NCBI GenBank assembly: GCA_965203325.1 | Contig: OZ241875.1 | Span: forward strand, 2,880,001-2,944,000 | Source: a bacterium | GTDB taxonomy: Bacteria; UBA8248 | Direction of reading: 5' to 3' | Length of the DNA stretch: 64,000 nucleotides | Shown: positions 41,394 to 51,580 of the stretch, in pieces | Layout of the letters: each line of letters begins with the position of its first letter | Position numbering within the stretch: position 1 is the first letter of the stretch | Notes under the pieces: model-generated | What the model was told of the DNA's origin: nothing | What the model saw: the letters and a program-made list of their open reading frames with translations, nothing else | The model's database searches: none | Translations under genes and position numbers: made by a program

Positions 41394-43415
41394 ATGATCG
41401 AACTGGCTTGGCTCATTCCCGTTTTTCCGGTGATCGGGGTTCTGATCAACGGATTGTTCGGAAGGCACGTGGGCGAGAGGGCGGGCCCCATCGCTTCCGT
41501 CATGGCGGGCTTGTCGCTGCTCGTGGTGCTGGGCATCGCTGTTCAGATGATCTTCGGCGCGGGCGGCAGCCATACTGTGCCGCTCTGGACGTGGGTGGAA
41601 GCGGGGAGCTTCAGCGCCTCGATGAGCTTCCTCATCGACCCGCTGAGCACCATCATGCTGCTCGTGGTGGCGGGCGTGGGTTTTCTGGTGCACGTATACG
41701 CCGTGGGCTACATGCACGGAGACCCGGGCTATCCGCGCTTTTTCACCTATCTCAACCTGTTCATGCTCTCGATGTTCCTGCTGGTGCTGGGGGACAACTA
41801 TCTCGTGATGTTCGTCGGCTGGGAGGGCGTGGGCCTTTGCAGCTACCTGCTCATCGGCTTCTGGTACGAGAAGCAATCCGCGTCCGACGCGGGCAAAAAG
41901 GCGTTCATCGTCAACCGCATCGGCGACGCGGGCTTTCTGCTCGGCATGTTCCTCATCTGGACGCTGACGGGCAGCCTCACCTACACGGAAGTGTTCAAGG
42001 AGGCGCCCGAGATGAGCGCGGCGGCGGCATCGGCCGTCGGTCTTCTGCTGTTCGTCGGCGCCGTCGGCAAAAGCGCGCAGATTCCGCTCTACGTCTGGCT
42101 GCCCGACGCCATGGAAGGTCCGACCCCCGTCAGCGCCCTCATCCACGCCGCCACCATGGTGACGGCAGGCGTCTACATGGTCGCGCGCACGAGCCCCATC
42201 TACGTCATGGGGCCGGACGCGATGAGCGTCATCGCCATCGTCGGCGCGCTCACGGGCCTGTTCGCCGCGAGCATCGGCCTGGTGCAAAACGACATCAAGC
42301 GCGTGCTCGCCTACAGCACGGTCAGCCAGCTCGGCTTCATGTTCATGGCGCTGGGCGTGGGCGCATTCACGGCCGCCATCTTCCATCTGATGACCCACGC
42401 CTTCTTCAAGGGCCTGCTCTTTCTTGGCAGCGGGAGCGTCATCCACGCGCTTCACCATGCGCCGGAAGAGCAGCAGCAGGACATGCGCTACATGGGCGGT
42501 TTGAAGGACAAGATGCCCGTGACGTACTGGACGTTCCTGATAGGCGCTATCGCCATCGCGGGCGTGCCGCCGCTGGCGGGCTTCTGGAGCAAGGACGAGA
42601 TTCTGGCGAACGCCTTCTTCACGGGGCACTACACGGTCTGGATCATGGGCACCGTCGCGGCCTTCATGACGGCCTTCTACATGTTCCGGCTCATCTTCAT
42701 GACGTTTCACGGCGAGATGCGCGTCGATCATCACGCCCGCGAACACATACACGAATCGCCCGCCACGATGACGGTTCCGCTCATCATCCTGGCGGTCCTG
42801 AGCGTCATCGGCGGCGTGATTCCCGGCTTCCCGCCCGAGGCCGGCTGGATACACCGCTTCCTGGCGCCCTCGCTGGCGAAGATGCCGGCCGGCGGCCACG
42901 CCACGGAGCAGGGCGTGCACCTGATGAACGCCGCGGCCGGCGGCGGGCACAGCGGGCCGGCGGTGGTGTTCCTGATCATACTGGCCATCGCCGTCGCCGT
43001 GGGCGGCATCGCCCTGGCGTGGTACATGTACGTCAAGGACACGGAGGCGCCGCGGCGCTTGTACGAGCGCTTTACGGGCTTATATCGTCTGCTTCTGGAA
43101 AAATACTATATCGACGAGATTTACCAAGCCTGCATCGTCGAGCCGGTCTACAAGCTCATGCGCGGCTTGTGGACTTTCGATGCGAAGGTGGTGGACGGGG
43201 CGGTGAACGGCAGTTCGCTCATCACCGTCGTGTCGAGCCGCTTCTCGGGAATTTTCGACCTTCGGACGGTGGACGGGGCGGTGAACGGCACGGCGAGCTT
43301 CATCCGCTTTTTCTCCCAGGTATTCAAATACCTGCAATCCGGAATGGTTCAGAATTATCTTTTCGTGATGCTGTTGGGCATCTTCGTGATGCTGAGCGCC
43401 TACCTTTTCCGCTGA
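41394..43415 (+). CDS. nuoL: Complex I subunit L (set 2)
   Basis: GKSAQIPLYVWLPDAMEGPTPVSAL. Confidence 0.96.
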   Translation: MIELAWLIPVFPVIGVLINGLFGRHVGERAGPIASVMAGLSLLVVLGIAVQMIFGAGGSHTVPLWTWVEAGSFSASMSFLIDPLSTIMLLVVAGVGFLVHVYAVGYMHGDPGYPRFFTYLNLFMLSMFLLVLGDNYLVMFVGWEGVGLCSYLLIGFWYEKQSASDAGKKAFIVNRIGDAGFLLGMFLIWTLTGSLTYTEVFKEAPEMSAAAASAVGLLLFVGAVGKSAQIPLYVWLPDAMEGPTPVSALIHAATMVTAGVYMVARTSPIYVMGPDAMSVIAIVGALTGLFAASIGLVQNDIKRVLAYSTVSQLGFMFMALGVGAFTAAIFHLMTHAFFKGLLFLGSGSVIHALHHAPEEQQQDMRYMGGLKDKMPVTYWTFLIGAIAIAGVPPLAGFWSKDEILANAFFTGHYTVWIMGTVAAFMTAFYMFRLIFMTFHGEMRVDHHAREHIHESPATMTVPLIILAVLSVIGGVIPGFPPEAGWIHRFLAPSLAKMPAGGHATEQGVHLMNAAAGGGHSGPAVVFLIILAIAVAVGGIALAWYMYVKDTEAPRRLYERFTGLYRLLLEKYYIDEIYQACIVEPVYKLMRGLWTFDAKVVDGAVNGSSLITVVSSRFSGIFDLRTVDGAVNGTASFIRFFSQVFKYLQSGMVQNYLFVMLLGIFVMLSAYLFR

Positions 43416-43438
43416 TGCGATAAGGTTTTGGAGGAACT

Positions 43439-44986
43439 ATGAGCAACATGCCGCTTCTTACGCTGATCACCTTCCTGCCCGCGGTGGGTGCGGTGATTAT
43501 CATGCTCTTCATGAAGAAAGAGCAGACGAAAGCCATCAAGGGTTTCGCCACGGCGGTGGCGGTCTTGGACTTCCTGATTTCGCTTCCCCTCTGGTTCAAT
43601 TTCGATCAGTCCGAAGCCGGATTCCAGTTCGTGGAGAAGGTGAGCTGGATACCCACCATCGGGGTGAGCTATTTCGTCGGCATCGACGGGATCAGCGTGC
43701 TGCTCGTCCTGCTCACGACGCTCACGATGATCGTGGGGGTCGTGTGCTCGTTCACCGCCATCGAGGAGCGCGAAAAGGAATACTACGTCTGCCTCCTTCT
43801 GCTGGCGACCGGTATGCTGGGCACCTTCATCGCGCTCGACATCTTCCTCTTCTACGTGTTCTTCGAGGTCACCCTGGTGCCGATGTATTTCCTCATCGGC
43901 GTGTGGGGCGGGCCGAGGAAGCTCTACGCGGCGATCAAGTTCTTCCTCTATACGCTGTTCGGCAGCGTGTTGATGCTGTTGGGAATTCTGGCGTTCTACT
44001 TCGCCAACCTGAAAATGGGCACCGGAACCCTTACGTTCGACCTGGTGGAGTTGTACGGCGTGGGGCCGAAGATACCGCTTTCGCTCCAGATATGGATATT
44101 CCTGGCGTTCTTCATCGGCTTCGCCATCAAGGTCCCCATGTTCCCCTTCCACACCTGGCTGCCGGACGCGCACGTGGAAGCCCCGACGGCGGGCAGCGTG
44201 ATCCTGGCGGGCATTCTCCTGAAAATGGGAACCTACGGATTCGTGCGCTTCGCCCTGCCCCTGCTGCCCCAGGCGAGCCAGGTTTTCGTGCCCTTCATGG
44301 TGCTGCTCTCCATCATCGGGATCATTTACGGGGCGCTGGTGGCCATGGCGCAAACGGACATCAAGAAACTGGTGGCCTATTCCTCGGTGAGTCACTTGGG
44401 CTTCGTGATGCTGGGTATTTTCGCCTTAAACGAGCAGGGCGTCCTCGGCGGACAGCTTCAGATGATCAACCACGGAATCAGCACGGGCGCCTTGTTCCTT
44501 CTGGTGGGCGTCGTTTACGAGAGGCGTCATACGCGCCTCATCTCCGATTACGGCGGCCTCTCGAAAATCGTGCCCGTCTATACGGTGCTCTTCGCCATCA
44601 CGATGCTGAGCAGCATCGGGCTTCCGGGGCTGAACGGTTTCGTGGGCGAGTTCCTGATCCTCATCGGCGCGTTCAAGAAGAGCTACGTCTACGCCGCGTT
44701 CGCCGTCATCGGCATCGTTCTGGGAGCGGCGTACATGCTCTGGCTCTTCCAGCGGGTGTTCTTCGGGAATCTGGATAATCCCGAGAACGAGAAGCTCACC
44801 GACTGCAACGCGCGCGAGGTTCTCTATCTGATGCCGCTGATCATCCTGATGTTCTGGATCGGCCTGTATCCCAAGCCGTTCCTGGGGAGGATGGAGGCGA
44901 GCGTGAAGAAAGTCGTGAAGATGGTGAACGTGGCGGAGGCGCCGCAAAAGGCCGCGCTCGGCAAAATGACGAAGCTCGAGAAGTAA
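43439..44986 (+). CDS. nuoM: Complex I subunit M (set 2)
   Basis: PFHTWLPDAHVEAPTAGS, GLPGLNGFVGE. Confidence 0.96.
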   Translation: MSNMPLLTLITFLPAVGAVIIMLFMKKEQTKAIKGFATAVAVLDFLISLPLWFNFDQSEAGFQFVEKVSWIPTIGVSYFVGIDGISVLLVLLTTLTMIVGVVCSFTAIEEREKEYYVCLLLLATGMLGTFIALDIFLFYVFFEVTLVPMYFLIGVWGGPRKLYAAIKFFLYTLFGSVLMLLGILAFYFANLKMGTGTLTFDLVELYGVGPKIPLSLQIWIFLAFFIGFAIKVPMFPFHTWLPDAHVEAPTAGSVILAGILLKMGTYGFVRFALPLLPQASQVFVPFMVLLSIIGIIYGALVAMAQTDIKKLVAYSSVSHLGFVMLGIFALNEQGVLGGQLQMINHGISTGALFLLVGVVYERRHTRLISDYGGLSKIVPVYTVLFAITMLSSIGLPGLNGFVGEFLILIGAFKKSYVYAAFAVIGIVLGAAYMLWLFQRVFFGNLDNPENEKLTDCNAREVLYLMPLIILMFWIGLYPKPFLGRMEASVKKVVKMVNVAEAPQKAALGKMTKLEK

Positions 44987-45021
44987 ACAGAGATTTCGCT
45001 TGATTTGATGGAGTCTTTCTG

Positions 45022-46524
45022 ATGGAAGTGGTGATTCCCGACATCGCCTTGTCCCTGGCGCTTCCCGAGATAGGGCTGGCCATTCTCGTCTGCGCGGTTC
45101 TGATACTCGACCTGTTCGTGTCGATAGAGAACAAATCGCGCGTGGGCGTCGTGGCGTTCGTGGGGGTCGTTATCTTGGGGCTCATCGCCTTCGGGCAATG
45201 GGGCGAGGGCGCGAGAACGACGTTCAACGATTTCTACGTGGTCGACAACCTGAGCGTGTTCGTGAAGGTGTGCGTGCTGCTGTGTACGGCCATCTCCATC
45301 CTGTTGCTGCTCCAATACGCCAAGGTCGAGAAGATCAACTACGGCGAGCTCTACGCCATGCTGCTCTTCTCGGTGTTCGGCATGCTGGTGATGGCGTCGG
45401 GCAACGATCTGATTACGATCTATCTGGGTCTGGAGACCATGAGCATCAGCATCTACGTGCTCGTGGCCTTCATGCGGCATGACCCTCTGAGCAGGGAGGC
45501 GGGCCTCAAGTATTTCCTCATGGGCGCTTTCGCCTCGGGCGTTCTCCTCTACGGCATGGCGCTGACCTACGGGTTCACCGGGACGACCTCGATTCGCGGG
45601 ATCGCGGCGGCGTTCTCGGGCGAAGGCGGCGCCGCCATCGCGCAGAACCCGGTGATGATTTTCGGCCTTATTCTCCTGGTCGCAGGCTTCGGGTTCAAGC
45701 TGGCGCTGTCGCCGTTCCACATGTGGCTGCCCGACGCCTACACGGGCGCGCCGACGCCGATAACGGGCTTCATGTCCGTGGCCGTCAAGTTCGCGACCGT
45801 GGCCGCCCTGATGCGGATATTCTTCGTGGCGCTTCCGGCCATGGCGGACAGGTGGAACGCCCTCTTGTGGGCGCTCACGGCGTTCACGCTGGTGTGGGGG
45901 AACGTGGCGGCCATCGCCCAGACGAGCCTGAAGCGCATGCTGGCGTATTCGAGCATCGGGCACGCGGGCTACGTGCTGATGGGCGTGGTGGCCACCATGA
46001 GCGTCGTGGACGGCAAGGTGACGTTCACCGACATCGGCATCAGCGCGGTGGCGTTCTATCTGCTCGCCTATCTGTTCACGAACCTGGGAGCCTTCGGCAT
46101 GCTGATTCTCGTTTGCCGCGACGGCTACCGGGGCGACAACATCGAGGACTGGAAGGGCATCGGCCAGGCGCACCCCTGGGCGGGGATGGCCTTCGTGGTG
46201 TTCCTGCTCTCGCTCGGCGGCATCCCGCCGACGGCCGGCTTCGTCGGCAAGCTCTACCTGTTCGCCGCGGCGGTGCAGAACGAGTACTACTGGCTCGCCG
46301 TGATCGGCCTCGTGATGAGCGCGGTCTCGATGTACTATTACGGGCGCATCATCATGGTGATGTACATGGAGAACCGGGGCGAGAGCCAGGAGGTGATGAG
46401 TTTCTCGAGCGCGCCCTCGCTCTTCTTCGCACTGGTGGTGCTCGTGGTGGCGACGCTGCTGCTGGGCATCTTCCCGGGCAGCTTCCTGGACGCGGCGAAG
46501 GGCACCGTCGCCGGGTTCATCTAG
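45022..46524 (+). CDS. nuoN: Complex I subunit N (set 2)
   Basis: EAGLKYF, WLPDAYTGAP, KRMLAYSSI. Confidence 0.95.
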   Translation: MEVVIPDIALSLALPEIGLAILVCAVLILDLFVSIENKSRVGVVAFVGVVILGLIAFGQWGEGARTTFNDFYVVDNLSVFVKVCVLLCTAISILLLLQYAKVEKINYGELYAMLLFSVFGMLVMASGNDLITIYLGLETMSISIYVLVAFMRHDPLSREAGLKYFLMGAFASGVLLYGMALTYGFTGTTSIRGIAAAFSGEGGAAIAQNPVMIFGLILLVAGFGFKLALSPFHMWLPDAYTGAPTPITGFMSVAVKFATVAALMRIFFVALPAMADRWNALLWALTAFTLVWGNVAAIAQTSLKRMLAYSSIGHAGYVLMGVVATMSVVDGKVTFTDIGISAVAFYLLAYLFTNLGAFGMLILVCRDGYRGDNIEDWKGIGQAHPWAGMAFVVFLLSLGGIPPTAGFVGKLYLFAAAVQNEYYWLAVIGLVMSAVSMYYYGRIIMVMYMENRGESQEVMSFSSAPSLFFALVVLVVATLLLGIFPGSFLDAAKGTVAGFI

Positions 46525-46690
46525 CAATCACACGCGACATCTGAAGCAGTACCCCTGACTCTCATGCTTGAGCGGGGCGTGGAAGCGCGTTTTTGCGGAA
46601 TAGGTGCGCTTGTATGGAGTGGCGCACACGGCGACGCTCTTGCCGGTTATGATTCCGGGCGGCACCGAGGAAGAGATGATCACCCTCACC

Positions 46691-46805
46691 GGCTGCGGGA
46701 CGCGGGCGAAGCCGGGGAGGTTTTCCGGATGAAGGAAGGCGGAGTCGCCGGGCTTGTTCGGAAGTGAAGAAAAGCAATTTATGCAAGTAACTATATAGAA
46801 AAATA
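46691..46805 (+). repeat. ~115-bp direct repeat, copy A
   Basis: GGCTGCGGGACGCGGGCGAAGCC...TCGCCGGGCTTGTTCGGAAGTGAAGAAAAGCAATTT recurs at 49265-49381. Confidence 0.9.
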
Positions 46806-46913
46806 TAGGGAACTGCGTACGTGACTTGACGGAACTATCGGGATTCACCGATCCGGACATGCGCGTAATCAAGATATTCAGCAAGTCCGGATCGGTTGAA
46901 TTTGATGGTGATT

Positions 46914-47837
46914 TCACTTTTTCTTTAAAGACGGGTGGGACTCATACACTCTGATAACAGCATTATGTTCGATGTAATAGGCTGGATTTCCGTCTTTGTC
47001 CCATTGCTCCTTTACCCTTCGTGCACCGGTGACAACCAATTTCGCACGTATTTTAGTCCCGTCGCCAAGAGTGTATTCATTGAATTTCTCGCTTGAATCT
47101 TCTATTGGTATTTCGTATCCGGTCACATTTTTCCCATCTGGCATTGTGATTTGAACTTCAGGGTATTCAATGTCGTCCAAGTTGCTCACTTTCTTTTCTC
47201 CTACGTTAGGGTGGAAGAGGGAGCATAGTTTTTCAATATCTTGAATGCCTGCATCCCTGCGTAAATAAGGTTGAAGTTGCTCCGGTTTAATATCACTAAT
47301 TTTGGTGTTCCCTTCTGTACGAATTTTCTTGACTGCACGGGCTAGCTGCGGCATCAAAGAATTGACTATCCTTTCAGCTTCAATATATTTCTTTTCGACC
47401 TCATCGTTTTTGTTCAATATGTGCTTGTTTTGGGCGAAATAATTTTTAGTGAGCTTAAGATGATGTTCAGGTTGATTTTGAAACCATACGGCCAGCCCTT
47501 CTTCCAGAAAAGTGACATCTTCTATTTTTACCGGGTCGATAAGATGCACGCATTCATGAGCGATTTGCCATGCTGCTTGGTCACAGTAAGCATTGTCCCA
47601 AGCGGTTCTGGAAATATAAATATTAACGGGGCAATTTCCCATGTAATGATGGTTCTCTGGGAAACATATATATGGGCCATCATCACTAATGGCATTCGGT
47701 TTATTTTCAGGAGCCCTAGATATAGAATCTAAATCGAACCTTGTATCTCGCGGCCCGAAAATCCTTTGAATTTTGCTCATATATCGCTGATATTGTTTTT
47801 GTAGGAACATTTCAAATTTTGAATGTTGTGTTTGCAT
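46914..47837 (-). CDS. Putative gluzincin metallopeptidase fused to a ~90-aa C-terminal domain
   Basis: IAHECVH followed by LEEGLA; AT-rich codons; internal AGGAG + GTG at 47189. Confidence 0.65.
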   Translation of the reverse strand: MQTQHSKFEMFLQKQYQRYMSKIQRIFGPRDTRFDLDSISRAPENKPNAISDDGPYICFPENHHYMGNCPVNIYISRTAWDNAYCDQAAWQIAHECVHLIDPVKIEDVTFLEEGLAVWFQNQPEHHLKLTKNYFAQNKHILNKNDEVEKKYIEAERIVNSLMPQLARAVKKIRTEGNTKISDIKPEQLQPYLRRDAGIQDIEKLCSLFHPNVGEKKVSNLDDIEYPEVQITMPDGKNVTGYEIPIEDSSEKFNEYTLGDGTKIRAKLVVTGARRVKEQWDKDGNPAYYIEHNAVIRVYESHPSLKKK

Positions 47838-48120
47838 TACTCGGAACCGTCCTGATACTCCCGTTAATTGGGGCGGGCATTGTAGCACCTAAGGTGTATG
47901 CGGAAAACAAAAAGCCCTTGGCCAAAGCCGGGGGTCTTGTGTTGTAGCCAATAGAGGTGCCGATTCCATCGGGGTTCGTCTCCGAACGCGGCCTGCCCAC
48001 TGAAAGGACTGTGCAGGTGTACGGGGCCGACATGGCCATTCACGATGTCTGGGACAGGGGCTAATTTCGTTAATCCCTTTCATGGCTTCCCCCACTTTCC
48101 TGTAGATTTGGTGACACCAC

Positions 48121-48154
48121 AAAAAAGACGGGGGCCAAAAAGTCCTCCGTCTTT
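48121..48154. terminator. Putative intrinsic terminator
   Basis: AAAGACGGGGG/CCTCCGTCTTT stem; T-tract on the minus strand, downstream of 48221-48750. Confidence 0.55.
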
Positions 48155-48220
48155 GTCTGGTCTGGCTTCTAAATCCACCGCCGCGAATTCGATTTCCCGA
48201 CCTCCACCGTTCTTGGAATA

Positions 48221-48415
48221 CTATAATTTAGAGGATTTTACCCCATCCTTAAAACCGAGATCATAGATGCAAAAGGGACATTTGCCTTGGGCTATCTGGA
48301 GGCCCATTGGATGATCCTTTAGTTCATCGATCTTTTCCTCGAGGACCCTTATGTCCTCCGGCATATTATCTCGGAATTTAACTTGATGTTTCACACAATA
48401 ATCAGCAAATCCCAT
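48221..48415 (-). CDS. Small hypothetical protein (CPFC motif)
   Basis: GAGGA RBS, 64 aa, co-oriented with the YHYH gene. Confidence 0.55.
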   Translation of the reverse strand: MGFADYCVKHQVKFRDNMPEDIRVLEEKIDELKDHPMGLQIAQGKCPFCIYDLGFKDGVKSSKL

Positions 48416-48444
48416 TTACGTTTCCTCTTTTCTCGACAAGCGGC

Positions 48445-48750
48445 TCAGAACCGCAGCTTCCATAAAGTTCCGATCTGGTCAGTTTGGGCCTGAACGGCAG
48501 AGAGGGGGTTCTTCTGTTTTTTCAGCATCCAGCCGATGAGGCCCACGACCACCACGACCCCCAGGACGATGAGCAACGTATCCTTCGAATTGCCGTCATC
48601 GCCACCTCTGTGGCAATGGTATCCACCGGTCGCTGTTTCGTTATGACATCCAGCCCTATTCAGACCTCCTCCGTGAGCACCGGCATGATAGGATGTGACG
48701 ACTAGAAAACACGCTACGAATAAGATGGTGATACAGCGCTTTGCAATCAT
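48445..48750 (-). CDS. YHYH-domain exported/membrane protein
   Basis: Signal peptide, then AHGGGLNRAGCH...GGYHCH, then a TM helix; GAGGA RBS. Confidence 0.8.
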   Translation of the reverse strand: MIAKRCITILFVACFLVVTSYHAGAHGGGLNRAGCHNETATGGYHCHRGGDDGNSKDTLLIVLGVVVVVGLIGWMLKKQKNPLSAVQAQTDQIGTLWKLRF

Positions 48751-49264
48751 GGTTGGGTCCTCTGATTTTGGGTGTGCAAATTATTCCTCGTGCGTCAAAT
48801 AGTGGCATTACTTATGAAAAATCCCTCCCGGTCTATATCAAAGGTGACTTAGTGAGTAGAAATAGTTAGCGCGAAGACCGATCCTCAATAATTTTCACTT
48901 CTCAAATTCTTTACAAATTCCCGGATCAAAATGCGGCCAGGACGTGGTTCGAGGAAATGCGCAGGACATCGCAGTTGCCCGAAGCGCGGATCCACGACCA
49001 CGGCGAACATGCAAACGAGAAATTGCAGTCCTACCAGTGATGCAAATACTAGAGATAACTCTCGGTCATGATTCGCATCATCGCCGTATGAGCCGGTATT
49101 TGGAATGAAGGGAGTTTGTCCGAACAGGACGGATCCCGAATTACAGGGATCCCTTACACATTCCTATACCCGTGTTTATGTGTCGCATGAGCACCGTGGC
49201 ATGCAGGCGATTGGGTGTCAAGACGGACGAGCCAGACGTTTGTGAAGTGACGGCCGGCTTCGTG

Positions 49265-49535
49265 GGCTGCGGGACGCGGGCGAAGCCAGGGAGGTTTTCC
49301 GGATGAAAACAAGCGAAATCGCCGGGCTTGTTCGGAAGTGAAGAAAAGCAATTTAATGCAAATAATAATTTCTGAAAAATACGATAAAATATGATAAATT
49401 CACGGTGTTTTTCGATAAAAAACTGAAAATTTATTTTCCTGGGAGATGACGCCGCGGGATCCGGACGCAGGGTGATTCTGCCACGGCCCGCGCTTTACGC
49501 GATGACGCCAATTGCGCGGAAATGCGGGGAGTTGC
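49265..49535 (+). repeat. Composite repeat, copy B (left part matches copy A; right part matches inverted copy C)
   Basis: 49265-49381 is similar to 46691-46805; 49367-49535 is similar to the reverse complement of 53195-53362. Confidence 0.85.
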
Positions 49536-49971
49536 GAGGGTTTTTTTCGTTATGAGCACTTTAGGGTTTTTCGTGGGACTTACCCGAGTCCCTGATTGAC
49601 ATTTTGTCAGACGAAAACCGACGGTTCCCGAAAAATCGTCAAAGGGTGATGCCGCTCTGCTGAGACCGAAAGGCGCTTTCCGGAAATTTCCGCGTTGAGC
49701 AGGCTCTATATCTCATTGAAATGCATATGGTTATGGGCAGAGTTTATTTTCGGCGCAGAGTGCTCCGTTTTGGCACGATTTATGCTCATTTAAATAAGTG
49801 TGAGAACCGTTTGCCCTCAATGGGCGCCTTTTATAGAGGAGCCTTTTCTCCCCGGTGGTCAGTTGAAGGATCCCCCGATACTGATTCACTGACATCTCGC
49901 CAAGTGATTCGCCCGAGTTGGGCGGATTCCTTCCTGAATGGGGCATGTCTTTCGGGGCGTGCCCCAAGTCT

Positions 49972-50556
49972 TTATTTATCAAGGAGTTGATCGAGAAGGG
50001 CAGGCGCCTCCCGGAGGGTGGGAAGGGTCAGGTCACTGGGAATCGAGGAGGGTTCCGCCAGGTGGACAGACAACATTCCGGCCGCTTCGGCCGCCATCAT
50101 GTCGTATTTCCCGTCCCCGATGACGACGCATTTCGGGGGCGATACGCCGATCGCCTTGGCGCCCGCCAGCAAGGGCCGGGGGTCCGGCTTCCAGTAGCCG
50201 ATATCCCGGGTGATCAGAACCTCGAACGAGACGTTGATTTTTTTCACCATTTTCAGGACATGCCGCTCCGCGTTGTTCGTCACGACCCCGAAGGGGATTC
50301 TTTTCGTTCTCAGGTAAGCGAGCAAATCATGCGCGCCTTCATTCGCCTCAGCCATGTCGGCGGCTCTAAGTTCATGTTTATCAAGGATATCCGATATTTC
50401 ACGCGCACGTTCAGTAGGGAGAGTGGGGAGCAGATCCAGAATGGATACATCTCCGTCGAGCAAGCCCATCTCCTCTTTCATGGCGGGCCAGTCGAAGGCG
50501 GGTTTCGTGAGGGTGCCGTCAAAATCGAGCAGCACACCCTCCATGGTTCGTTTCAT
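49972..50556 (-). CDS. HAD-superfamily hydrolase
   Basis: DFDGTL, VVTN, KPDP, IGDGKYD motifs. Confidence 0.92.
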   Translation of the reverse strand: MKRTMEGVLLDFDGTLTKPAFDWPAMKEEMGLLDGDVSILDLLPTLPTERAREISDILDKHELRAADMAEANEGAHDLLAYLRTKRIPFGVVTNNAERHVLKMVKKINVSFEVLITRDIGYWKPDPRPLLAGAKAIGVSPPKCVVIGDGKYDMMAAEAAGMLSVHLAEPSSIPSDLTLPTLREAPALLDQLLDK

Positions 50557-50566
50557 TCTAGTTTCC

Positions 50567-51580
50567 TCACAGCACTTTTGAGATTTCATCAGAATCAAAG
50601 CGTTTCAGCGGCGAGGTTTCATCTCCGCGCCGAATCATGATTCCCGATTCAGGCGCGCAGAATTTGCCGATGCGAACACCCGTCGCGCCCGTCGCCGTGA
50701 GCGCTTCCCGAACGATTTCTTCGCCTTCCGCCGGAACCGCCAACAGAAGCGCTCCCGACGTAATGACGCCCAATGGGTTGATATCCAACGCTTTACAAAT
50801 CTCTCCACCCTCAAGGGATATGGGGATACGGCTCTCCTCCACGAGCGCCCCCAAACCCGCTGCCCCCGCCATTTCATGGACGCCGGTGGCGAGGCCGCCC
50901 TCGGTCGGGTCGTGCATCGCGTGTACGGAGCCGGTTCCGGCCGCCGCCAGAGCTTGCGCCACCACGCTGATGCCGGGAGATTCCAGGTATTTTTTCGCAT
51001 TCTCCAGTATCTCGACATCCAGGATGTTTTTCAGAAAATCGTATTTCGCATCCGCCAGGATCGCCGTTCCCTCGACGGGTACAGGGCGCGTAACCAAAAT
51101 AAAATCATCTGCTTGCGCGTCGGCTCCGCGTATCAGATTCTCCTTCGAGACTTCCCCCAGCATGTGGCCCGAGAGAATCGGGAATTCCAGGCCTGAGGTA
51201 ATCTCCGTATGTCCGCCGCATAAGGTGACCCCCAGATCGGCGCATGCGTCTCCCACTTCCTGCCAAATGCGGCTTACCATCGACTCGTCAGTGCGCCCTT
51301 CGGGCAGGAGAAGCGTCATCAGGAACCACAGAGGGGTTGCGCCCATGCAAGCGACGTCGTTCGCGTTCACGTGTACGGCATAGCGTCCGATATGACGCTC
51401 CACGAACGTAATGGGGTCTGATTTCGCGACGAGATAACGCTTTCCCATATCGATGACGGCCGCGTCTTCTCCAACCTGTGGACCCACTACCAGACGCGGA
51501 TGCGAAGTCGTGTTCTTGAGCAGAGCGCCCAGTACGTCCGGCGGAAGCTTGCCTACGGGATATGGAGATCGCTTCACCAT
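50567..51580 (-). CDS. AIR synthase-related (PurM/HypE-like) protein
   Basis: VGKLP, GEDAAV, SDPITF, NANDVA, GGHTE, MHDPTEGG; start placed at MVKRS. Confidence 0.85.
   Translation of the reverse strand: MVKRSPYPVGKLPPDVLGALLKNTTSHPRLVVGPQVGEDAAVIDMGKRYLVAKSDPITFVERHIGRYAVHVNANDVACMGATPLWFLMTLLLPEGRTDESMVSRIWQEVGDACADLGVTLCGGHTEITSGLEFPILSGHMLGEVSKENLIRGADAQADDFILVTRPVPVEGTAILADAKYDFLKNILDVEILENAKKYLESPGISVVAQALAAAGTGSVHAMHDPTEGGLATGVHEMAGAAGLGALVEESRIPISLEGGEICKALDINPLGVITSGALLLAVPAEGEEIVREALTATGATGVRIGKFCAPESGIMIRRGDETSPLKRFDSDEISKVL

Noticed and set aside
22187..46544. Many long antisense and alternative-frame ORFs over the nuo genes (also over ABC, RecQ and XDH genes)
   Set aside because: Shadow ORFs expected from high-GC codon bias; no recognisable motifs.
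49597..49609. TGACA-TTT-TGTCA palindrome as an operator
   Set aside because: A single short palindrome with no adjacent regulated gene identified; insufficient support.
50567..51580. Selenophosphate synthetase SelD next to the selenoprotein
   Set aside because: Same PurM-like fold, but it lacks the N-terminal Cys/Sec-x-x-Lys motif; better called AIR-synthase-related.
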